Virus record (IMG/VR): IMGVR_UViG_3300017748_000003
Location: 1-64,000 of that record
Length of the DNA: 64,000 bases
Source of the DNA: a virus
Reading direction: 5' to 3' (one strand)
Below, piece after piece: positions 57,317 to 64,000 of the stretch. Each line of letters opens with the position of its first letter. The first letter of the stretch is position 1. Both the position numbers and the translations under genes were made by a program. The notes under the pieces were generated by a model. It made no database searches, was not told the DNA's origin, and saw only the letters and a list, made by a program, of their open reading frames with translations.

Positions 57317-58360
57317 TTAATACCACTGACATTTACCCTTAGTAACCATCCACTTAATATGGTCATAATGAAGCTCATCTGGATCTGTAAAACCTTTAGG
57401 GTATAGGCATCTAGCAGTAGGAACTTCCTCCCTTAATTTATCTATAGCCCCAAGAGAGCTAGAGTCATTATCTTTACCAAACAACCCTAAGTCACCCGCA
57501 GCATCCTTGTCATACAGCATAAACACGGGCTTACCATAAGACGCTATAATATCTCTCTGAGAATCAGACAAGTAAGAACCCATCGTAGCTACTGGATCAC
57601 AGAACTCACGAACCCCCAGATCAACCATAGAGGCAAGGGCAAATAAGCCTTCTACCACTAAAAAGGGTATATCAGTATCTTCTCTCACGAGATGCTCTCC
57701 AAGTATAAGTCTGTCTTTCTTAAGACCCGCATAATCTTTTACTTTAGAATATCGGCTACGCTTATCCATAGATCTAGGCCATTGAATATCAGGTAACACT
57801 GTCCTTCCTGTAAAGCCATACAAGTCTCGGTCAAAACCATATACAGGAAATAAAACTCTTCTTTGCTCAGGATCAAACCTCAAGTCCAGAAGACGCGCAG
57901 CTTGTTCTTGTATATCCCTCTCTACTAAGTATCTCCTAGATTCAAAATGCTCATAAGCTAAAGGATACATAGACAAGTGAAGTTGAGCCATACCCGGATC
58001 TAAAGGCTCAACCTCCTCAAGCACTCTCTCTTCCTCTCTAATTTTATCCCACTCCTCAAAATTCTCAGGAGTCTCTTCCGTCATAGCGCGAATGATTAGA
58101 CTATTATAGTCTTCCTCGCGGTAGTTACCAAGCTTAGTAAGTAGACCTGTTAGATTACCTCTCTGATGGCAAGTAAAACAATTAAACCCAGAATACCCAG
58201 AAGGGTTTACTTTAACGAAAAACGAAGGGTTACGGTCAGTTCCAAACTCATGGAGATAAGGGGCAAAGGGACACTGGCTTACTAGCCACCCTCTGCCATT
58301 CTTATGAATAACCTCGACATCTATCTCGCTCAGCAACTCTCTAAGAGGCTCTTCTTTCAT
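57317..58360 (-). CDS. DNA primase (CHC2 zinc finger plus TOPRIM)
   Basis: 'CPF..H..D.NPSF..CFTC', 'YLVER', 'VVEGLFA', 'YDKDAAG', 'DPDE'. Confidence 0.9.
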   Translation of the reverse strand: MKEEPLRELLSEIDVEVIHKNGRGWLVSQCPFAPYLHEFGTDRNPSFFVKVNPSGYSGFNCFTCHQRGNLTGLLTKLGNYREEDYNSLIIRAMTEETPENFEEWDKIREEERVLEEVEPLDPGMAQLHLSMYPLAYEHFESRRYLVERDIQEQAARLLDLRFDPEQRRVLFPVYGFDRDLYGFTGRTVLPDIQWPRSMDKRSRYSKVKDYAGLKKDRLILGEHLVREDTDIPFLVVEGLFALASMVDLGVREFCDPVATMGSYLSDSQRDIIASYGKPVFMLYDKDAAGDLGLFGKDNDSSSLGAIDKLREEVPTARCLYPKGFTDPDELHYDHIKWMVTKGKCQWY

Positions 58361-58557
58361 ACCCGCCCATACATTCTATCTATGTGTATCTGCTCCAACT
58401 CCTCAAACTTAAGAGTATTGTAGCCTTGAGATCTACATACAAAGGTAAAGCCTTCTAGAGTTACTTTTGTAATCCTAACAGTAAGGTCGCCGCACAAAGG
58501 AGAAGGGACCTTCTTCCTGTTTTTACTCTTAAGGAATTTTTTAACCTCTTCCATCAA
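58357..58557 (-). CDS. Hypothetical protein
   Basis: 66 aa, coupled to neighbours. Confidence 0.55.
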   Translation of the reverse strand: MMEEVKKFLKSKNRKKVPSPLCGDLTVRITKVTLEGFTFVCRSQGYNTLKFEELEQIHIDRMYGRV

Positions 58558-59010
58558 TCACTTACGAGGACCTACAACTACGTTAGGGTCTCCGACCTTA
58601 GCTGTGCTAATCTCAGCGATAACGTCAGTAGGGCATAATGCCTTAGCCTTAGTAACTCCGATACTAGCGCAAGCAATAAAGATAGAATCATCTACCTTGC
58701 TACGGAACTTAGCTGGGTCAATAACCGTAGTAGACCTTCCGGGTTTAATCTCAGAATCAAGGATAATGTCCTTATCATTAATTCTAGCCTTAACCTCAAA
58801 GTCCTCAACTCCAGACTCTCTCATCTGCTTAAGAAGCTCAGCACGGACCTTTTTAGCTTTATTAGCTGCCTCGTTTGCTCTTTTGTTAGCTACGTATAGC
58901 TCAACAGCTAACTCCTTCATATTACCAGTAACCCCTGTAGGAGATTCATCCTTAGTAGGCTCTTCTGTAGATAAGACTGCGCGTCTGCGCCTAGTTGCTT
59001 TTTCTTTCAT
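58558..59010 (-). CDS. Hypothetical protein (leaderless)
   Basis: ATG 6 nt after the promoter -10. Confidence 0.75.
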   Translation of the reverse strand: MKEKATRRRRAVLSTEEPTKDESPTGVTGNMKELAVELYVANKRANEAANKAKKVRAELLKQMRESGVEDFEVKARINDKDIILDSEIKPGRSTTVIDPAKFRSKVDDSIFIACASIGVTKAKALCPTDVIAEISTAKVGDPNVVVGPRK

Positions 59011-59079
59011 AGATTTAGTATAGCACAGAAACAGAATGTTTGCAAGCAATTTTTCGGAAAGATTTGCACGAAGTGCAAA

Positions 59080-62067
59080 CTAATCTGTAAGAACAATACC
59101 TCGTTGCCGTTTCTTAGCCCACGCCTTACCTAGCGTATTGTTATTCTCAGGTGGTTTTTCTCCAGACTGATACCACGAAGGTTTTATAGCCTCAATGTCA
59201 GGACGTTCTTCCATCTCAGCCAAATTAGAACCAACAGAAACGTCTGCCTTAATAGGCAAAGGGACGTTCAAGCCGAACCAGTTTTTAAGTGGTGGAGTCT
59301 CCATGTAAAAGCGAAGAGCAGAGGCTGCATCCTCTAAGATATCGTTCCTAGCCTCTACAATAACCGCATCGTGAATAAACATAACAGGTCTAATCAAATT
59401 CAAATCAACATCCCTAGCTAACCTAGTCATAGCTATAAGGCCAAGGTCAGAAGCAAACCGCTGCACCGGACTATTAATAGCCTGACGAACAGAACCACCT
59501 GCAATATTCTCATCAATAGATTCTACATTTGGTAATCTTCTCAGCGCACCGTGTAAGGCTCTAACATAAGTATTTTTCTGCACGAACTCACTCATAGCTC
59601 TATGCCATTGTTGCAGCCTTGGATACTCAGCGAAGTAAGCATTACGTATATCAACAGCCTCCTGTTCTGTCATATCAATGCCATAATCAATACGAGCATA
59701 TCTTCGGAACCCAGCCCAGCCCATACCATAGAGAAAGCCGAAATTAACCGCCTTAGCTTGAAATCTTTTAAAATCGCAAAAATCTGACACCGTATATTTA
59801 TCCCTCTCAGATTTGTTCATCTCCCTAAGTTTCTGAGAAGCACCTGCCCAATCCGATACGCAATCAATAAGCAGGGTATCTTTCATAGCCTTACCCTTCA
59901 TAAACTTATCGAAACTAACCCCCATAACGGTAGCTGCCGTAGCTGAATGGATATCTCCATCTGCCTTATAGATGTCTATCATCTTACGTTCATTAGCCAT
60001 CCAAGCAGCAACCCTAATCTCAGCCTGACTCAGATCAGACTCAATAAAAGAATAGCCTTCTGTAGGGACGAAGATCTTCCTAAAAGACTTAGCCAAGGCT
60101 CCCCGCTTAGGTATATTTTGAGCGTTTGGGTCGCTAGACGCAGTTCGTCCAGTAACAGTTCGGTGTAGATAAAAGGACGGGTGTATTTTAGGGCATTCTT
60201 CTCTGTTCTGTAAGTATTGCCAAAATCCAGTAGGAGGCTCATAGATCACCTTGCTCACATTGCCGCTCTCGTCCACTCTAAGACGCTGCTTGCCAAAAGG
60301 AATATCCACAGACCCCGAATCCTTTTTAACGCCGCTGCGCCGCCTCCTAACAGCCTTTGACTTACCTAAGTCAGAACCTAAAGCATTCTCTACCGCCTCT
60401 TGGACCTTGGCGGTATAGCCGCCACTTTTAAGACGCTTAAGAGGCTCTACAACTACAGATTCGTCAGAGCCTACATAAGTTCCGCTCATCTTCTTAAGGG
60501 TAGCGTATTCCATGTAATCTCTAACATAATCAATATGCTGAAAATTAATTAAATGGTCCTTAGAAGTAGAAGGTAACCTATCATCCCCTTTAAGCTTACG
60601 GGTGCTCTTAGTAAACTCTGTAGGCTTCAAGCTCTTACCGCTATCGTCTTTAATACCTCCAGCCCCAAACAGTATATCCCTAACAAAATTAGGTGAGCCA
60701 AAATTCCAATTACTTTCGTGCCGCCTAAGCACCGGACTAGGTGTATTTTGAAGCAGTCGATGATAAAGCTCTTGCTCCCTAGCCTTTATGTCTTCTCCAA
60801 GGGAAGTAAGAGCCTCGACATCAATCTTAATTCCTTGACGCTCCATCTTAACGAACGTGCGAAGTGATGGCATTTGAACCTTAGTGTAAGCATCCCAATT
60901 TCTCCTATCCTCTTTCGCTTCTTTAAGTAACACCTTAGTTAATCTATATGTCGCGTCTGTATCTCCTCCAGCATATGATCTCATGTCCTCATGCTCAACA
61001 GTGTGCATCTTCGACTTGTCTACACGAGCATTAAAATCATCGGCATAACCAGCCATCTCAGGAACCCAGCGGCGGGTGCAATCGTCAAGGGTCTTAGTCA
61101 GCATATTATCGTCACACACGAAAGCAAGCTGCATAGAATCACAATACCAATTGTCCTGCACATTAATGCCTAAGGTAGCTAATCCATGCACATCAAATTT
61201 AAAGTTATGACCTGTAATAGCTATGTCAGGGTCTTCGATAAGTTCTTTTAGATCCGCAATAAGCTTACTTCTAAGACGAGTATTAAGCCTAGGCATCTCA
61301 GCAGACTCATTACTAAAAAGCGTAGCATCATTCCAATAATCAATATCCAAAGGAACAACATAAGCACTACCTATTTCTGAAGTAAGACTAACGCAAAGGA
61401 CACGGTAAGAAGGCTCTAACGCCCTCAGCCCTACAGTCTCCAGATCAACCGCCATAGCCTTTGGGCGGTTCTCAAGCAAGTCACTTAAATCAAGACACCA
61501 ATCATATCCATCATCTAAGCCACCCTTAAGAAAAGTATCAACATTCCAGCTATGATCCTTTAAAGATCTCACCTGTTGAAAATCCGAAACATAGATGTCG
61601 TTAACCTCAGGTCGAGCTAATACGTTCATAGGACTAAGCGTAGGCAAGACAGGTATAGTTCCTGTTGATGAATAGGTCTTAAATGTTCCACGAGATTTAG
61701 TAATAGCAGAAGGTCTACCAGAAAGCTGCCTAAGCGCGAGATTTCCCTGCGGTATAATAAGCCTAGCATTAGGCAAATACCTACCCAAAGCCTCGACAAA
61801 CTCCTCACGATACTCAGCTATAAACTTACCTAAACGGGAGGCAGAGTCTGCGTCCTCTGCTGGGATTGGTGGAGACGGATTAATAAATACAAAATCGTCT
61901 TGGCTAAACCCACACTTATTAGCTTGAGTAATAAAAAACTTAGCCGCAGGGACGCTCATAACTCTGCTGGCATCCCATAAGGTCTCAGATATAGCATCCG
62001 TTATAACGATAATGGTAGGGTTTTTACCTTCACGTATATTAAGATTCTCTGTATTCGCCTCTTTCAT
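59080..62067 (-). CDS. polA: Family A DNA polymerase with degenerate N-terminal UDG-like domain and 3'-5' exonuclease
   Basis: Exo 'DLET', 'HNFKFD', 'YAGGD'; polymerase 'TGRTAS', motif A 'DLSQAEIR', motif B 'RFQAKAVNFGFLYG', motif C 'IHDA'. Confidence 0.95.
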   Translation of the reverse strand: MKEANTENLNIREGKNPTIIVITDAISETLWDASRVMSVPAAKFFITQANKCGFSQDDFVFINPSPPIPAEDADSASRLGKFIAEYREEFVEALGRYLPNARLIIPQGNLALRQLSGRPSAITKSRGTFKTYSSTGTIPVLPTLSPMNVLARPEVNDIYVSDFQQVRSLKDHSWNVDTFLKGGLDDGYDWCLDLSDLLENRPKAMAVDLETVGLRALEPSYRVLCVSLTSEIGSAYVVPLDIDYWNDATLFSNESAEMPRLNTRLRSKLIADLKELIEDPDIAITGHNFKFDVHGLATLGINVQDNWYCDSMQLAFVCDDNMLTKTLDDCTRRWVPEMAGYADDFNARVDKSKMHTVEHEDMRSYAGGDTDATYRLTKVLLKEAKEDRRNWDAYTKVQMPSLRTFVKMERQGIKIDVEALTSLGEDIKAREQELYHRLLQNTPSPVLRRHESNWNFGSPNFVRDILFGAGGIKDDSGKSLKPTEFTKSTRKLKGDDRLPSTSKDHLINFQHIDYVRDYMEYATLKKMSGTYVGSDESVVVEPLKRLKSGGYTAKVQEAVENALGSDLGKSKAVRRRRSGVKKDSGSVDIPFGKQRLRVDESGNVSKVIYEPPTGFWQYLQNREECPKIHPSFYLHRTVTGRTASSDPNAQNIPKRGALAKSFRKIFVPTEGYSFIESDLSQAEIRVAAWMANERKMIDIYKADGDIHSATAATVMGVSFDKFMKGKAMKDTLLIDCVSDWAGASQKLREMNKSERDKYTVSDFCDFKRFQAKAVNFGFLYGMGWAGFRRYARIDYGIDMTEQEAVDIRNAYFAEYPRLQQWHRAMSEFVQKNTYVRALHGALRRLPNVESIDENIAGGSVRQAINSPVQRFASDLGLIAMTRLARDVDLNLIRPVMFIHDAVIVEARNDILEDAASALRFYMETPPLKNWFGLNVPLPIKADVSVGSNLAEMEERPDIEAIKPSWYQSGEKPPENNNTLGKAWAKKRQRGIVLTD

Positions 62068-62068
62068 A

Positions 62069-63334
62069 TCACTCCATCCAATCTACTAGGTCTTCTACCT
62101 CTCCTTCCTCTTCATCAAGCAAAGGAACTTCATTAAATCTAACTGGATAAAAGCTAAAATTAGTAGCAAAGCGTGGTGTCTCTCCTTCACGGTTCTTCAT
62201 AAACTCAAGAATCCTCTGCTGCTCTGCAAAAGGCTGCTGACCTTTTCTTATACCCCAAACTATTGATGCGTCCTGAGGAATAGAATCAGACCCAGAAATA
62301 TCTCCAAGATCAAACTCCTTCGTGCTACTGTTTCTCTGGTTCCTATTAAACTGCACAGATATAACAACGGGAACATTGTAACGTAACGATAACTCCTTAA
62401 GCTCGCGCACCACCTCAGAAATAGATTCCCATCTGCTTATATACCCCTTCTTCGCCCCTGCCGGAGAAAGTAAATAAGCTGCATCTACAAAGACTATATC
62501 AGGGGAAAACTCTAAGATCATACCTTCAACCCCAGCTACGTTTTTTCTCATATCCCCTGCAAGGCAATGAACAGGATTAGGCATACTCTTAAGACGCTCA
62601 ACCTCTCGGAGCATTTCCTCTTCTGCGTAAGTGCCAATCTCTCCGGCCCTTATCATGTTAGGATTAATGCCTGTAGTCCTACCAAGCCACCTCCTAGCAA
62701 TCTGCATAAGGCTCATCTCCATAGATGTAAAGGCAACAGAGTGTCCAGCCTCGTTAGCATTCCTAGCCATCTCCATCATCATCCAAGACTTACCTAGCGA
62801 CGGCCTACCAACTATAACCACTAAGTCGCCTCCCATAAGACCGTTAGTAGCAGCATCAGCAGTCTCCCAGCCAGTAGGCACTCCTCTAAGTCCTGGATTA
62901 CGCTTAGCCTCTCTATAATCGCTAACTACAGCATCCATCTCATCGCCTAGAGTAGAATAACGCTGCGACTCTATAGCAGACGCTGCTGCCTGAGTCATCT
63001 CTCTAAGGACATTGAGCATACCCTGCGTATCTTGATTACGCATAGCCTCTACGAACTTCGGATTACGCTCGTTAACCTCGGTATAACCATACCTAGCCCT
63101 AAGCGTATCATAATAATATTCTGGGCTAGCCTGTCTGCGATTACTAGGGAAAGTAAAACCCTCCTGTGTAGCAATATCAATAGATGGAACCTCTCGGTAT
63201 CTATTTACATAAGACACCATCCACTCGTAGGCAGGAGTTTCTTCTTCAGTAAAAAGCTCAGGTGTTGCTCTTCGTAAAAGGGCTACCTGACCAGAATCAA
63301 TAATTGATCTTAGGAAATTAGTTGCTGCTGACAT
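62069..63334 (-). CDS. dnaB: DnaB-like replicative helicase
   Basis: 'GRPSLGKS', 'SMEMS', 'VFVD', 'QFNR', 'SDSIPQDAS', 'KNREG'. Confidence 0.92.
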   Translation of the reverse strand: MSAATNFLRSIIDSGQVALLRRATPELFTEEETPAYEWMVSYVNRYREVPSIDIATQEGFTFPSNRRQASPEYYYDTLRARYGYTEVNERNPKFVEAMRNQDTQGMLNVLREMTQAAASAIESQRYSTLGDEMDAVVSDYREAKRNPGLRGVPTGWETADAATNGLMGGDLVVIVGRPSLGKSWMMMEMARNANEAGHSVAFTSMEMSLMQIARRWLGRTTGINPNMIRAGEIGTYAEEEMLREVERLKSMPNPVHCLAGDMRKNVAGVEGMILEFSPDIVFVDAAYLLSPAGAKKGYISRWESISEVVRELKELSLRYNVPVVISVQFNRNQRNSSTKEFDLGDISGSDSIPQDASIVWGIRKGQQPFAEQQRILEFMKNREGETPRFATNFSFYPVRFNEVPLLDEEEGEVEDLVDWME

Positions 63335-63336
63335 AT

Positions 63337-63939
63337 TTATGTAATTGAGATCTGACGCTGCTTAAGGCGGTTAATAAATCTATTAGAGAATGGGTTACTT
63401 TGCGGGGTGCTTTCTTCTGTAATAAAAGGGACATCATTAAGCATAATTAACGACTTTCCAGACGATAGCCACCTTAGAAGAAACCACTCAATCCTAGCCA
63501 TCTGGTCTGCTGAAAAAGGGAGCCTATCCTCTGTAATTAAACCATCAATAGCAAGAACTCCCCTGCCGTCTAAACGATCATCTTGCATAGGAGACCCAGC
63601 CTCAATAATAGACCATAGGGTATCGCAATCTAAAGCGAAGACAGGAACCCTCCTAATAACCAAAGCTCTCACAAACATATAAAAAGCATCACATATTATT
63701 GACTCAGTTCCTACTACCTCTAAAACCCTGCCCCTCTTGCTCAGACCTTTAGCCCCTCCTGTTCGTAGCCACAGACCAAGCCTAGTCCCTACCTTACCCT
63801 GCTCCATAATAGAGAGATCAGGGTCTTGGTAACTCATAGGAACACCGGCATAACTCATAGCACGTAAGATATCCTCTGATGGAATCTTATGATGCTCTCC
63901 TTCTTCAATGTCAATATTACTCATCAATCCAATCATCAA
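63337..63939 (-). CDS. Possible degenerate DnaC/IstB-like helicase loader
   Basis: 'AGVP..Y', 'VLAIDGL' Walker-B-like, no intact Walker A; directly upstream of dnaB. Confidence 0.4.
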   Translation of the reverse strand: MMIGLMSNIDIEEGEHHKIPSEDILRAMSYAGVPMSYQDPDLSIMEQGKVGTRLGLWLRTGGAKGLSKRGRVLEVVGTESIICDAFYMFVRALVIRRVPVFALDCDTLWSIIEAGSPMQDDRLDGRGVLAIDGLITEDRLPFSADQMARIEWFLLRWLSSGKSLIMLNDVPFITEESTPQSNPFSNRFINRLKQRQISIT

Positions 63940-64000
63940 ACGTGCCGCCTCCTGACTTTAACTTAGACTTAGGTTTTGCACGCTGTGCAATTCTTCCTTC

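Larger units (their letters stand above)
41211..59045 (-). promoter_or_regulatory. Six further dispersed copies of the TTGCAA/TATACT promoter
   Basis: 41211-41238 and 42550-42577 (N16); 45405-45433, 46299-46327, 50400-50428 and 59017-59045 (N17 with TGTGC extended -10). Confidence 0.85.
1337..63990. repeat. Dispersed 15-bp pseudo-palindrome TTGCAC-N3-GTGCAA (~23 copies)
   Basis: Starts at 1337, 5892, 10634, 13707, 16619, 20676, 23107, 24485*, 25719, 27226, 27611*, 27786*, 28434, 29254, 33861, 36735, 41259, 47142, 50456, 53907, 56190, 59064, 63976 (* = N4 spacer). Confidence 0.9.

Noticed and set aside
53860-59010. N-terminal RR motifs as Tat export signals
   Set aside because: No following hydrophobic region, and the proteins are cytoplasmic DNA-metabolism factors
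60230-60460. PolA insertion as an intein or intron
   Set aside because: Too short, in frame, and lacks intein terminal motifs (C/S start, HN end)
132-63682. Other plus-strand and nested ORFs in the track
   Set aside because: Almost all are shadows of clear minus-strand genes and show no motifs; 24524..24778 and 27596..27919 lie in skewed non-coding blocks and look low-complexity
1337-63990. TTGCAC-N3-GTGCAA as a sigma54 promoter, NtrC box or CIRCE
   Set aside because: Spacing and sequence do not fit: sigma54 is TGGCAC-N5-TTGC, NtrC is TGCAC-N7-GTGCA, CIRCE is TTAGCACTC-N9-GAGTGCTAA
1-64000. Alternative genetic code or stop-codon reassignment
   Set aside because: Core genes are full length in the standard code with tight packing, and TAA, TAG and TGA all act as stops
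1-64000. Apparent abundance of CTTAAG/CTAG-type words as a modification target signature
   Set aside because: Only an impression by eye; it could follow from codon preference and needs k-mer statistics
1-64000. Specific host assignment (e.g. Verrucomicrobia/PVC)
   Set aside because: Scarce SD motifs and a spanin-like pair suggest a diderm, low-SD host but do not identify a taxon

Overview
This window is a 64 kb segment of a tailed dsDNA bacteriophage (Caudoviricetes, siphovirus-type: HK97-like head, TP901-type tape measure, no sheath seen). Essentially all credible genes are on the minus strand. In transcription order (right to left) it contains: (1) a replication/recombination module with a helicase-loader-like protein, DnaB, a family A DNA polymerase with a degenerate N-terminal UDG-like domain, primase, SSB, SF2 helicase, RecA, resolvase, Cas4-like exonuclease, HNH proteins and RNase HI; (2) accessory genes; (3) two modification clusters, namely a TAGT/GREB1-like glycosyltransferase plus methyltransferase, and a block of three GT-like genes, a 2OG-Fe(II) oxygenase, IbrA/IbrB, a GT2 and two ParB-domain genes abutting the terminase; (4) TerS/TerL; (5) an island of small promoter-led genes with two non-coding blocks that may be the genome termini; (6) ligase, a tandem GroES and a spanin-like pair; (7) portal, gpF-like protein, protease, capsid and tail genes. 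The most notable sequence-level signals are: about 23 polar copies of a TTGCAC-N3-GTGCAA pseudo-palindrome, mostly at gene junctions every 2-6 kb, seven of them about 62 or 72 bp upstream of a 15-copy TTGCAA/TATACT promoter that mostly drives leaderless genes; Arg-rich terminal tags on many proteins; a portal with a polyprotein-like C-terminal extension; a -1 frameshift with stimulatory hairpin in the tail chaperone; and a candidate three-hairpin RNA. All family assignments come from motif recognition by eye; no searches were run. No tRNA, rRNA, CRISPR array or integrase was recognised.
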